From Camelus dromedarius (Eukaryota): a DNA stretch of 64,000 bases. Of this stretch, positions 39,601-53,196 are shown piece after piece; position 1 is the stretch's first letter, and every line of letters begins with the position of its first letter. Location: contig NC_087436.1 in the NCBI RefSeq assembly GCF_036321535.1, positions 13,330,001 to 13,394,000 of the forward strand. Reading direction: 5' to 3'. Below the pieces are notes generated by a model. The model saw only the letters and a program-made list of their open reading frames with translations, made no database searches and was not told where the DNA came from. A program made the position numbers and the translations under genes.

Positions 39601-41484
39601 TTCCACACTGTCCTGTCTGAGTGCCAGGGTGTGACCTCCATGAGACCAGAGCACCTTCTGTTTCCAAAACCTAGAACAGGGCTCCGGAAAAGACGGGGCC
39701 CAATAAACTGAAAAGCAAAATGGAAATGCAGCTGTCATTTGACATCTTGGAAGAAAACGTTAGAGAACCAAAATAAAAAATAAAAACAAATCTACCCTAG
39801 CTCACAGAATGCTGTTTTTCCCACATATTCTGAACGCTCAGGATTGGCCTTCAGCAAAAATCCAAACTTTAAAAAATTGTTTTTAAAAACTCTAAGAGGA
39901 AGTTTTAAGAAGAGAAAACACAATTTATGTCTTTAGCACTTTGCCTGCTCTTGGTTTTCTAGTCACTAGTTTGCAGCCAGTCCACACCACCCTTCCCTGA
40001 GAAAATCCCCTTGACTACATCCCAGACGCCTCCAATCCAAAGAGTCAGGAGACCCCAGAACAGATTACGCAGGGCGTTTGGGATCTGCTCATGGAAATCT
40101 CCATGAAAAGTCATTCTGGGAGACACTAAATTCCAATTTCTATGCAATTCTCACAATTCTGTTTTCACTGTCCACTTTGTAACAAAACCCACCAAGGTGA
40201 CCTCACTCTTCCAAAAAGGGAAGATTAAAGTTGAAATCCCTTTGCAATGGGGATGTGCATTAATCTCAAGACTTGGACTTTGACAATGTTCGAATCAGGG
40301 GACTCTGGGAGTGTGTGAATCTCTCCACTGGATTCCACACGTCAGAAGCACATTCTTCATACAGTTACGAGGATATTCTGCCACAGTGCGCTAGCCATCC
40401 GGCACTGTTTTCATTGCCCTAGAAAACCAGGAGCTTTTATCCTCAAGTGGTAATGACTTTGGGAAGTGGGAGGAATGACCTGCAAGTCAAACACACACAA
40501 AGCTCCATTGCCACCCTTCTCCAGCCCAGCTCTGATGTTTCCCAGGGAGTCCTCTGGTTTGTCCAAACTACAACAGCTTTAGACTTTCATGTAGAAAGTT
40601 TATCATTGTTGCAATTAGATTTTATCCTCCCATTGTGTCTTCCTGTGAAGCATGGGGCCATGCAGACACAAACAGTACCAGATGGACCATCGCGCCCTAC
40701 GCTTACCAACTCCAAGAGATATAGCTCAGCCTATACTTCACAAATCCCACCAGGGGCTATATCTCTGGGTTTTTTCACATTGCTTTTTATTGCTGACTTG
40801 GGCAGCTCTTTCCCATCATTTAAGTATTTGTGTTTATATATTTTTCAATATCTGATGAAGTTTCTTTGCATTAATGCTGATTTGCATGTCAATCTCTAAA
40901 TCCAAGATACCTTGCTTCATGAACTTGAACTTACTGCTTTTTAAGGGATATAAAAAGAAAAAAATGACACTTATTATTTACTATTTCCAGGAATTTTATA
41001 CATATTATCATATTTATACTTTTAAGAAGTCTACATGATATTGTTATCTCTATGTTACAGATGAAGAGAATGAAAGTAATAAAAGGTAAGGAATTCGCTC
41101 AAAAATATTACCCTCCACCACTGCCTCGTCACTGATCTGGTTATGTGGGGAGTCAAGGAAAGTGATCGAGCCTGCAAAGTGATCCGTGTACTAATATAAT
41201 CATGAACAAGGATTCCACACAATATTTATAACAGGAAGAATCAGTCCCTCCTTATATGCACAATGTGCACAAATGCAACTGTCTCAGTGCCCTAAGGATT
41301 AAATTGGGGTCTATTTTAATTAACAAATTATGTACCTGATGAGATTATGTAAAGAACTAGCATTGCGTAAATTCATTGGAATTAGGGTCAAGTGACCTGA
41401 GTTAAGGACTTGGCTTCTCCTTTTAATATCTGGGTGAATGGGCACAAATTATTTATTATTAAGAGTTTTCTTATTTCTGAAATT

Positions 41485-41800
41485 GTGTGTGGCAGAGAAT
41501 GGCGGAGCTCTCCAGATACGCTCCCCTACCTCCTTGCAGTGAGGCTGAGGCCATGTGACTAAGTCACGCCAATGCAATGTGAGAGCGTGGGCCTTGGGCC
41601 ACTCTGGGTGAAGGCAGGTATAAGCCAGTGTACCTCCTCCATCTCTCTCTTTCTCAGCTGAAGCAACCCATATGTTCCCGATGTTCAATTAGGTGAAGGT
41701 GCAAGATTGAGAGGGTAGCTCAGTTGCCCTCAGATTTTTCCTGAGTGAGAAACCTTTGTCACGCTAAACCACTGAGACCGCAGGGTTTACCTCCCAACTA
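41485..41800 (+). mobile_element. Old MaLR LTR remnant (MLT1-like)
   Basis: 'ctccttgcagtgaggctgaggccatgtgactaagtc', 'gagtgagaaacctttgtcacgctaaaccactgaga'. Confidence 0.6.
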
Positions 41801-42665
41801 GCACATGGAGGCAACAACTTCTGCCATTAGATTATTGCGAGACTCAAATAAGAATATTGAAATAAATACTTGTTAACTCTGTCCTTAGGAAGGCTTGTTA
41901 TTGCTATTATTCATGGGCTTAAAAAGTTCTGACTTTATTACTCCAAGGTTTTTGTAATGCCATGATTACGAAAAATTGTTGTAATTCTATGAAGTCTTTG
42001 TTAAAGAAAGGATGTTTCTGATCTGCCTAAAATGTGGTCTTAAGTAAAAAGGAATGTTTTTTCTTGAGTACACTATTCTCTTGTCCAACGGTCTTCTGCA
42101 CATAGTACAAAGCCGAGCTTTAACACAATGTCATTGAACTGATAACAAACATCCAATATTCCTTTCTTAATTAATGAGGCTTCATGGGAGTTTGCATCCT
42201 AGGGTATTTCTGGTCCTGATTACGTAGACTGTAGAAGAGAGAACAGTCAGCACACACATTGCCTTTCATGAAACTGGCCCCACAGAGCAAACGGTCCCTG
42301 TCCACATCGACATGGCAGCCTGCCTGGCTTTCAACCCCACTCGCTTTTGGTTCCAACAAAGCCAACGCATTCATGAGCATCTTACACAGGGCAGATGAAC
42401 ATTGTCATGGTCCCTTTCTCTCCATCCTCAGTTGTCTGTAAACTTGAACTCAGAATCAAGAATGGGAACCAAAGGCAGAGAGAAGTGTATGACAATGATC
42501 TAAATTCACACATGCACAAAAAGGTGCTACTTAGAGCTATATGAGGGGCTGGTCTGGAGACTCTTGGATCTTCACCAAATTGAACATCGGGAACATATGG
42601 GTTGCTTCAGCTGAGAAAGAGCGAGATGGAGGAGGTACACTGGCTTATACCAGCCTTGACCCAGA
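41603..42665. repeat. Inverted repeat: 104-bp arms at 41603-41706 and 42562-42665
   Basis: Manual reverse-complement alignment gives 98/104 identity with no gaps. Confidence 0.93.
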
Positions 42666-42749
42666 CTGACCTCTGTGTGTATGTGTGTGTGTGTGGATAG
42701 GGAGAGAAGATAAAAATAGAATGAAGATAAAATATACAAAAATGTGTAT

Positions 42750-43095
42750 CAAAGTGTCCACCAATGGGTGAATGGATAAAGACTATGTGCTGTGTAATAC
42801 AATGGAATATTATTCAGCCATAGAAAAGAAGGAAATCCTGCTATTTGTGACAACGCGGATGAACTTTGAGGGAGTTATGCTGAGTGAGGTAAGTCAGACA
42901 GAGAAAGGCAAATACTGTGTGATCTCACTTATATGTAGAGTCTAGAAACAAACTGAACTCATACATGCAAGGAACAGAGTGGTGGTGGTCAGAAGTGGGT
43001 GTGGAGGCAGTGTTGGAGGTGGGGGTTGTGAAACGGTGAATGGGTAATGGTGCAATCTTCCAGTTATAAAACAAATATGACCTGGGGATGTAAAA
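42750..43095 (+). mobile_element. L1 (L1MA/MB-like) 3' end fragment
   Basis: 'aagtgtccaccaatgggtgaatggataaag...atacaatggaatattattcagccatagaaaagaaggaaatcctgctatttgtgacaac...'. Confidence 0.88.
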
Positions 43096-44859
43096 GAAAG
43101 TGTGTGTCAAATAACCCCCCTGGCATTTCTCTTAAAGGCTGCCTCATTTTAGTCTGAAGAGGCGAGAGGAGTCCAGTCTTAGGGAACGGATCCACTTACC
43201 AGACGTGAAATTTGCTTCTGTCCCATATTTCAGTTTTCAGTTCATATAAAGAATTAAGTGAGAGAGGGACACACTTATGAGACCACAATGTTATTCACAC
43301 ACACACACCCAGAACGCAAACTGTATCTTTGTTTTCAATGATTAAGCTGTAATATTATCAAGTGCCATGTTACGTCACAATGAAAACTAGCAGAACTTTC
43401 CAGAACTGAAGAGGAAGGGCAGTGAGGTTAGCAGGAGGAGAGCAAGAGGAATGGGAGGAGAAGGGGAGGGTGGGGTGGGGGGGACGGCACCGAGCAGAGG
43501 CCAGGCTTCTGCCAGAGGGTTAATGGGAAAGTGGAAGGTAAAAGGTCATCTGGGAAACCATGCTTTCTCTCAAGAAGACAATTTGAATTGGGAATAAAAA
43601 CATTCTCTGCTTCCTGACATATTTTACAATTAAAAAAGCCTTTTATAAGCCTGCCAGCCGACTATCTGAAGAAGGTCCAAAGCATCAAGGTTCTGTTTGG
43701 TTTTTTTTTAAATTATTGTGAGCACAGATTTTTTTTTTTTTAAGAAAAAAGAGGCAAACCACTCAAATTAAAAGGATTTTTTAATGCTGGCAGAAGAAAC
43801 ATTTCATTGCCACAATAAAGAAAACTCTGTTGAGAAATGCTTTACCAAATGAGAGCTAAGGCAGTTAAAAACTGATTTTCAAAGTGGGTTGGTTTTGTTC
43901 TAAATCACCAGCAGGCCCTCACCTCCCCATCTCCTTCCTGTTTGCAGACGCTCAGGCCTGCCCTGAGAAGCTGTCCCACGGGGTCACGCTCAGCAGTGAC
44001 AGAGGGAGCAAGGCAGAGAGGCGGAGGTTAACAGGTCTGGTTCTCCAGGCGATTGGTCAGCAGCCAGGAGAGGAGAAAGGACCAGCCAGGAGATACTTAC
44101 TCAGGCAGCACCAGTAAGGGCTTGTGTCTGAATTGCCAACCTTTGCCACTGGCCCAGAACTGATCACTCACAACCACAAACAGCTAGTGGTTCTCCCAGC
44201 AGCTCCTAAATAAGACCTCTGGACAAGTTGTAACAGCAAATTCCGACATGGGAAAAGATACAGCGGCTTAACCTGGATTTTAAAAATCACTGCCGTCTTA
44301 GAACTGGGTAAGTGTTCTATTAGCTAACAGAGTGGGAGGATTCCTTAATGGGGTCCTCTTTGGTGACCTAATCCTTGAGGAATCTGTCTAGTTTTATCTC
44401 TGCCTCCCACAGATCCTCATGCTGTAGCCAAACCTGCAATCTGAATGGAAGACCATAATCAATGCTCTGAGACCTTCTCCTTGGTAATAGATCTGATTTC
44501 TCCGTATGCACAAAACCACAAAAGCTGGCCTCCTGCTCCAGTCCTGTCCTGTCTAAACGGTGGAGAGTGACCTGTGATACCACCGGCTGACTGGTCTCCA
44601 TCTGCTGCCTTATTTCAGCCAGAAAGCAGTGACGGCAAACAGGTTTCCACTTGTGGGACCATTCTAATCATTTAGCTTTTTATGCCTGAAATTCTGTGTT
44701 AAGAACGATTCTGAGGACATACCTGCATTCAGGAAAAAGCAGGGAAAATATATCACTTCATTTGAAAGCCTAGGTTTGCAAGTTTTGTGAAGCAGCATCA
44801 AGTCAAAAGGGAGACGCTGTAAACCAGTTGGAAGTAAAATAAAGAAAAAGCCAGGAGTA

Positions 44860-45370
44860 TGTGGCTGGTGGAACGTAACTGGGTGCATTTTTTTCCGGAA
44901 GGCGATTTGACAATACACATGAAAATTCTTAACCATTTTCGTGTTCTCTGGTTCAGTATTTTTACTTCTAGGAACTCATTCTAAAGAAATCAGCATGGAT
45001 GCACTCAAAGATCTGTCTACAGATATGTTCGTAAGAGCATCGTTTATGACAGCTAAAACTTAGACCCTACATAAACGTCCAAAAAGTGAGTATTATCTAA
45101 ATTATGGAAATTACATACAATAAAATACGATGTGGTTTTTCAATATCATTTTGTAGACTATTATTTAAAGATAATGAGAAAATGTTCACTATATATTATC
45201 CTATGAAAAGGTGTCTAAAATAGTATACATAGTATGATCACAAAAATTTATTTTAAAACCTAGAACATAAAGACATATATGTATGTATGTTCAAAACGTT
45301 AACTCTGAATTTCCTATACAATGATTAGGTGTCACTTTTATCATAATAATTTAAAAAATCTTACTTGTTT
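44860..45370 (+). mobile_element. Old L1 (L1ME-like) 3' fragment
   Basis: 'ggctggtggaacgtaactgggtgc...ggaaggcgatttgacaatac', 'ttacttctaggaactcattctaaagaaat'. Confidence 0.65.
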
Positions 45371-45681
45371 TTAAAGATAGTAAAAAGAAGCCCCGCCTGT
45401 GACCATCCGACTTCATTGCCCCCAAAAATGTAACTTAGTTAAAAACATAAGTTAGGCCAAGAAGTGAAAACGGTTTTGAACGATAAATGGGAAAAGAGGT
45501 GTGTGATTTAACATATGAGGAAAAAAGCTTTAAAGCTCCCCCCCCCCCCCCGGAGGCGTATCCAGGCTGTGTCAGCACGAGCATGAAGTGACCACGACCA
45601 GCCTCATCCTGCAGCAGCAACATTGGGCTTTTTTAGGTGCTTAACTGTCCCAAATAACCACCATCCCATACTTAGACTTAT

Positions 45682-45708
45682 GTTGTTGTTGTTGTTGTTG
45701 TTGTTGTT
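45682..45708. repeat. (GTT)n microsatellite
   Basis: Directly visible. Confidence 0.95.
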
Positions 45709-46425
45709 TTTCCAACACCACCACTAAGTGGCTTAATAAAAACTAAACTGGCCATCATGGCAAGGGACCCTGAGCACACCCTGCTCAGAAGCGGTCCCAC
45801 AGTCACCCAAATGTGAACCACAGGGTCTTCTTTAGAAGAGTGTGTCCTGCTTTTTTTTTTAATCAAGTGAAAGGACATCTTACAATGTAACAGATGTGCG
45901 CAGAGCTGAGCCCAGGGTGGAGAGTCTGTGTCCCATTTTGAGCACCTCAGAGCCCCAAGCTGCCCAGCTACGTGCTGTCTCTACCTCAGCCGTAGCTTTC
46001 CTATCCCCAAAGTGGGGTGAACAATCTTCGGTATTCAAACTTTTTTGCCCCCAAAGAATGACTATTGTTGAGATAGTGTCTGGGAAAATGCTACTTGGAA
46101 GTCTTTAAACAGTGGGCCCCTTTTTGTGAATCAGAAAATTCTCTTTTCCTCCTGTCGCCATTTGGACAATAAGTCCAATAAAGGAAACTCTGGTTCTAGT
46201 TTACTATTAGCTCATTTTACAGCAAAATTTAACCCTCAAAGGGTTAAATGAGGCAAAGATCTATGATTCAAAGTCGTGTTGAGTCTATTTAGGAAGGAAA
46301 CACGAGCTAGTTTAATCTCTACTTTCCCAGTCACCTTGATGATCTGAGTTCAGGTTTCCACTGGACTGTTTCCAAATGAATGACTAATACAAGCAGTTGA
46401 TCCTGTGGTTAAAGCCAGTAGTCAT

Positions 46426-46467
46426 TAAAATAAAATAAAATAAAATAAAATAAAATAAAATAAAATA
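46426..46467. repeat. (TAAAA)n microsatellite
   Basis: About 8 perfect units. Confidence 0.95.
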
Positions 46468-48234
46468 TCCAGATATCCAAAGAGAAGAAAGGTAAATTAA
46501 AGAGGAAGGAGGCTTCTGTTTCCCGCAATCCCAATTAGTAGGAGAAAAATGGAATTTCCAGACTTTTTAAAAAATGCAAGGACCTTAAATCTCCAGAATG
46601 CAGAACTTGAAGATCAAATGAATGCAGTTAGCTTTGCTGGCCAGCAGTTTATTCTCGTCAGAATAAAATGTCTTGAGAGACTGGTCCATAATAGATTTTT
46701 TTAAAGCTGACTTTTCATCTGAAAGGAATTTTCTAGAAAAGGGGAGAGAATGGTAGACCTGAGACTTGATAACACACATCTTGTCAGGGAAGAACCTTCA
46801 AGGACCAAGTGCCTATCTCTCCTTTCCATGACCCTGAACCCACTGCTAAGTGTCTCTAAGATGAGGCGCCCATGGCCCCGCCTGTATCCTTACTTCCAAG
46901 GTCTTTATTGGAAGGAGGTTCCTCTGGCCACAAGCTTGTTGGATACACTGAATGATGTTTATGCTTGAAATCAGAATGCTTGGAATCAACAGCTTAAATG
47001 TCACAATAGGGAATAGTCCAGAGTACTTGGGAACAGACGTGCTACTTAGAATCTAAGCTGAACATAAACCCTTTATTTCACTTCTGTGTCTGGCTCCAGC
47101 TTGTACTAGTGAGACATTTAAAAGCTTCATCTCCCTGGTGCTACATACTGTGGGGTTACCATGCTTGTGTCTACTGCACATTTATTGTCATTTTGTGTTT
47201 CAGCCACATCGGGCACCGTGTAATCATGCTTTTGCTTTGCCATAAAACAGCATTGGTCATGTAAAAATACTTGACATTTGCTTTTTTCCAGAACCATTTC
47301 CGCTAACTGAAAAATATGACATTCAAGTGTAATGGACAAAAATAATAGAACGTATGTGTAACAGACAATGGATGAGGTCTCTGTGTTTCTCTGTGTAAGT
47401 GGGTGGGTGGGTGGATGTGAAAGAAGGAGAAACCAACAGTGCACAGAAACGCACTTCAGACAGGTGTCCAAGCAGAGGGCTCATGCTGCGGAAGCGCAGC
47501 TGCAAAGCTTAGACGATCGCCCGTTGTTGATGGTGGAATTCTATTCCCGCCATGGAAAATAGCTAAGTCCATGATGTTTGGTCTTTGTGCAAAATAATAA
47601 ACAGGGCCACAACTCAAAGGAACTTCAAAGAGCACATTAAGAGACATTCAGTTCTCCCTTGGAGAAACAAATCTTCTGAAAGCAATATTTCAGCTTGCCA
47701 GTGATGCTCCTCACTCTGATTATGAAACCACCGTCCCCTCAGAAGAGATCCAACCCTCCCCCCAAGAACCAGAATAAGTCAGAAGGCTTAGGTCTTGCCT
47801 CTCTTGGCAGCCTGACCCTTGACCCCCTTTCCTTCTCCCAGGCAGAAGCCTTTGACAATTTCTTTTCCCTTTTGTTCTGGATCACTGCTTCCATTTCTTC
47901 TGACTCCAGAGTGACTGATGTTGTCGCCAAATCCAATGGCCCTGGGAAAAAGCTTGAAGCATCTCTAGACTCAGAGAAGCTTCTTTTTATATAACATAAC
48001 ACACTCTCTAAAATCTTCTCAAAGAGATATTTTATAGCCTATGTTTTTATTTAGAAAGAATACAAAAATCTTCTAAGTAAAAATACAAACAAAAAGCTCA
48101 CAGGAGGTGGCAAACAAATAGTCCAGCCAGAGAAGAAAACATAAATTTTGTCTAAACTAGAACAAACTTCCAATACCCGCACCCCTCCACACACACGCAC
48201 ATCATAATAGATTTATCTATCTTCATCCAAATGT

Positions 48235-48675
48235 ACCAGAAGCTTCTTAATCTGATAGAATTTGGGACATGGACAAATTTGAGTGGGGAAAATTAATCTT
48301 TATTTTCACTCATTTCTAACACAAAATGAATATTTTCTTCCATTAGTAGAGTTCTTTTGACTTGCTCATCAAACAAAAGCACAGATATTTTCATATTTCT
48401 CAAAATTTACCTTTTGCTCATCACTACTTCAAAACTATGTTAATTGTTAGACCTGTTGCTACGTACTAGTATCTGATATCTGTGAAGCAAAAACGTTAAC
48501 ACAGCCCAATAGTGTCTTCTTAATGCCTTGATAATTCTGTTTCAATGTGATTTGTTTCTTTTTAAATTTAAATGCTTTAAAATGTCATTCTGAGAAAGAG
48601 TCCACAAGCTTCACCAGGCTGCCGAAAGGGTCCACGATCCTTTTTTTTAAAACAAAGCCAGGATCGGATCCCTGG
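48235..48675. mobile_element. hAT-Charlie-like DNA transposon remnant
   Basis: Terminal-like motifs 'cagaagcttcttaatctg' and 'gtccacaagcttcaccaggctgccgaaaggggtccacg...ccctg' around an AT-rich interior; family assignment from memory. Confidence 0.5.
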
Positions 48676-49969
48676 CAGCAAAGGTTTTAGATCAGTTTAC
48701 CTGCGGTTTAAATGGATGCTGATAAGGTTGGAAGTGTCCTTTACTTTTTAATCTCTTTTTTTAAGTGATATTCAGGTTTGTCCAGTGAATGTTGCACTTT
48801 CTCCTCACGCCTGCAAGTTCCATCTGTTTCTGGTGACCTACGGAGACAAAAGTAAGCTTGTGTTTCCAGAGTCTGGAGTGAGAAATAGGTCCTTTGAAGC
48901 AAATGCTTCAAGATTGACCTAAGAGCACTGCCCGGTCGTCACTGTCACTTTAAAAAATGTGCCTCCCTCCATGCCTCTCCCCTTAGAGGAGAGAACTCAC
49001 GGTGGGTAAGAGCTCTCCTGGTTTGGGGGCCATTTAAGAGGCTTTCTTCTGCACAGTGTCACACAATGATGGCTGGATCCTCCCTCTTGGAGGGGACCAG
49101 GCTTGCTGTATACATCCCGGGACGCGTTCCACAGTGAGCACCTTGCTTGACCCACGCCACAACACTTCATGGTACCTGCAGGGATACGCTCACTGTTACC
49201 ACCTTCCTTTTATGGGATCATTAATGCAATAGGCATGGATTTCCTGTCACAACACTCGGATACAGGAAATCTCAGATTCTATTATTTCTCTAAATCAATA
49301 AATCTGCTGTGACCTCTCACTCAGCGAAGTCAGTGGCAAACTCTTGTGGGTATTGCAAATCCCTCCCCAATCCCTAAAGGAGTCCTACTCCAGCCTGGGG
49401 CTCTCCCACTGCCAGGAGACTGAGTGAGGTGTCAGTTTTGATACTGCCACCATTCCTGTTGTCCTTTCTCCTAGCTGACGCCACTGGACTCCCAGGAAAT
49501 GCAGAGATGCCCTCTTAGTGGGCACTGGTCCTCAGAGAGCCTCACTGCCATTTTCAAGGTTGAAGAGCGCACAATGGGGTCTTTATCCATCTCCCAGTCA
49601 CCCACAGAGGGGTCGCTGTACAAACAGACACCCTCACCCAACCCTATCCTCTCTCATCTCAGGGACTCTAATCTCCCTCAGGTTTTCCTGACAATGGCTT
49701 CCACCTCTCAAAACACTCCCCTCCATATTCTCCCTCACTGAAAACCCAACATCATTTCTCTCAATGAGCCTGGGCTTTTAGAAGCCAAAGACAAGACAGG
49801 CAGTTGCCTTGTGGACACCTGGCAATCTCTCCTTTTCATCTGTAGCCCCAAAGCCCCTGAGCTAAGGGAGCATAAATGCCTGGGTACATGACGGAGGCAA
49901 AAGCAAAAGCCTAGAGTAACAGAAATAAAACACAATTTAATATTTCAATCAAATATCCTGCATATAAAA

Positions 49970-50106
49970 GGTATATTCAATACCTTGTCATGGCCTATAA
50001 TGAAAAAAAAAATAAAAAGGAATTATACATATGTATAAATGGAACACTATGCTGTATACCAGAAATTAATACAACATTGTAAACTGACTATCCTTCAATA
50101 AAAAAG
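49970..50106 (+). mobile_element. Short L1 3' tip
   Basis: 'ctatgctgtataccagaaattaatacaacattgtaaactgactatccttcaataaaaa', the same family as 28600-28897. Confidence 0.85.
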
Positions 50107-50934
50107 TAAACATATTTGCTAGAGATGTGTCTCTATGGAAAACACATGAGTTTAGGTACTAATGTATAGTTCTAGAAACAGAGCTGTTTTATGTGGCATA
50201 TGTGGTAAATGACATTTTTGGAGTAGGTTGATATGTCATCAAACACACACACATAGTACAATTTAGCTTTTAACCAATCTCGGAGGAAAGACTACATGAG
50301 AGCCAGTTAGCAGGTAAATGTTATCACCTGATTCAGTGAAGCATCTGGAGAGCCTGTGTAACCAGAGACACGGCAGGACAGCACATCGAGTATCACCACG
50401 ACTGCTTTAAAGGTAGCAGTGATGACACCTCTCATTGTGCCCCATGACGGTTCCGCAGAACGCTGCTCTTCTCATCAGGCCATGGGAATTTCTAAACTGC
50501 ATCCCCAGTCGGAAAGGAAAAATATTCCAACTCTTACGGTTATTACTCACTCTTAAAAGATTAATCTAACAAAAATGAATACCCACCACAGTAATGAATG
50601 TAATTCACTGGGAGAACGGTTTGAGAAAGCTAGCCACACTGGAAAGCATTACTTCTTAAATTAATGGCAGATCTGAAGATTATTTTCAGATTTGGTCAGC
50701 ATTTTTGAGAAGCAATGATTAGCCAGGGTGGGAAAAATCCAGATTAGTATTAAGTGTTTGCATGTTATGAGGCAGAATAAGCTACATCCAAGGCTGGGAC
50801 TTATTACCCAACTTCTAACCATCCACTTTACTAGCCAAAAGGGACACACAAGTCAGACTGTGAGGTAAAACTTGGGGAATTAATAGTGCTGGTATACTGT
50901 GGCCTCAGTTACTTGAATCCATCACACATAAGAG

Positions 50935-51500
50935 CTAATAATAATTGCTGACATTCATTAAGTGCTTACTACGTCAAGTCAATGGAAAAAGCACTTTGTG
51001 TGTATTGTTGCATTTATGCCACAAAACTACACAATAAAGCAGATATTATTATTATTATTACCTTTTTACCACTATTCAGTGCTGTGGCAAGGACCAAAAA
51101 ATGCACACACCCACACATACACATTTGAAACTCCTCCTCCATTTGTGCAACGTGATAAATCACTTTCACAAGCATTGTCATAGCTAATCCTCACCTAAGA
51201 ATAATGATAGTCAACCTTTACAGAGCCCTGACTTTGCCTCTGCTCTAGTACCTCACACCTATTCATTCATTCAATTCTTCAAACAATTCTATTAGGAACT
51301 GATTACTATTACCCCCATTTCACATATGAGGAAACTGAGGCCTAGAGAAACTACATTTCTTGCCCAAGGTCACATAGCCAGAAAGTAGCAGAGCAGAATT
51401 TGAACCCAACAAATTGTACTAACTCTTCTACCAACCTGATAGAGCAGGTGTCATTATGCTTATTTTACAGCTGAGGAAACAAATTCAGTGAGATTGGATG
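50935..51500 (-). mobile_element. Cluster of MIR fragments
   Basis: 'cccattttcacatatgaggaaactgaggcctagaga...cttgcccaaggtcacatagccagaaagtagcagagcagaatttgaaccc' plus further partial cores. Confidence 0.75.
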
Positions 51501-53196
51501 TGATTTATCTCAGAAAGGTGGTATTAATCTATTGTTAGCTTTTAAAAGTTACAAAACATTGAACAAACTAGTAGGTTGTTTTGTAAATATGCGTATGTGT
51601 GTATTCTTTACCTTTGTGGTAGGACCAAAGAGTGGTTAAATGTGCATGTGACTATACCCAAACATTTAAAAAGGTATGCTCTTGAAACCTTGGCCTTTCT
51701 CCCACCTCTGTGTCACTGCTTAAACTGAGTTTCTATCAAATCCTTCAAGACCAGGATCAAAATACTCTTCCTTACAGAAGTTGTGCCTGACTGGGTCAGC
51801 TCTCTAAAATCCATCCCTAACCCCACCCAGCAAAATTATGGTGTTATGTCATGTGTATTAGAACACTTTCAGCAGCCTGACAAAAGAGTTCTCTGAGAGC
51901 AGTGACTTCAATGTTTTTCAAAACCTCCTCCTATTTCTTTCATACCCACAGGAGCTGGCAAGCACATGCAATGCTAGGGTCACCAAAGAGAGCCAGGAGA
52001 CCTTGTTAATGGATTGCAGATCACAGGTTGATTTGTATGTGGCATCAAGTATAAAATTCAGCTAGTCAGTCAGTGATTCAACAAGCTAGTAAACTCATAA
52101 AGTTCCTGGCCTCAGGAAGTTTACAGATACTTCAATGAAGAAAAACATATAAGAAAACAAACAAGTAAATATATCTCATGACTGATAATGATAAGAGCTA
52201 TGGATAGAAACACAGTGTAGAGAATAGGGAGATGAGGGAGGCAGACAGGGAGGGAGTTACTTTTTTATGTAAGGAGTCAGAAAGGACCTTTCTGGCAAGG
52301 AGAAGAATGAGCAGAGATCTGAAAGGAGGACATGCGGATGAAGTGCGTTCATATCTGCGAAGTATTTTCATAGCTGCAAGTCCATTTGGAATAGATTTGG
52401 CCCATTGTGAGCACAATATAAGTGCTATCTCTCATGGGAAGAGCATTCCAGATAGAGAGGTTAGCAGGTGCAAAGACGCCAAGGTAAAACAGCGCCCAAC
52501 ATCCTTCAGAAACTGTAAGGAAAACAGCATGGCTGGAGCTGAGCGAGTGATGATGGAGTACGGAAAGTGATGTGCTCAGGGAGGTAATGAATTCAGGGGG
52601 TGAAGGAGCAGATTCTAGCACCTAAAAGACTGGCTTTTATTCTGAGTTAGATATGAGCCATTGGAGATATCTAAGGCAAACAGTTATAGGATTTGACATA
52701 TTTTTAAGGGATCAACCTATTTGCTATATTGAGGTTAAAATGAAGGTGGTAGGCCATGGCAAAAGCAAGAGAGAAGCACGAAATTTAGGCAGCAATTGCA
52801 ATAATTCTGATGAGAGAAGTTGGAAGATTGGACTTGAGTGGTGGTTGCAGAAGTGGTAAGAACTGGGCAGATTCTGGATATATTTGGAGAGATGGATTGA
52901 GCTGTTGCTAGCTTATAGGTGGTGTCTAAGAACCATGAGACTGTAACTAATTCACATAAGGAATAAGTAAGGAGAGAAAATCAAAGAGGCTCAAGGACTA
53001 AGCCCTGGGACAGTGCGTAGAGATCAGAAAATGAGGTAGAAAAGAAACTGAGAGGAGAGGAAGTGGAGAACTACAGCAGAAAGCTCCGTTTTTCAGTAAA
53101 GGAACAAAGGAATGAAGAAACAGCTGAAGAGAGATGAGGAATCAAGGAAAGGTAGGGCTATTTAAGGTGAGAGAAACTATAGCATGTTTGTAAGCT

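Noticed and set aside
43450..43485. G-rich potential G-quadruplex (also the C-run at ~45538-45552)
   Set aside because: Common in mammalian DNA and there is no supporting context.
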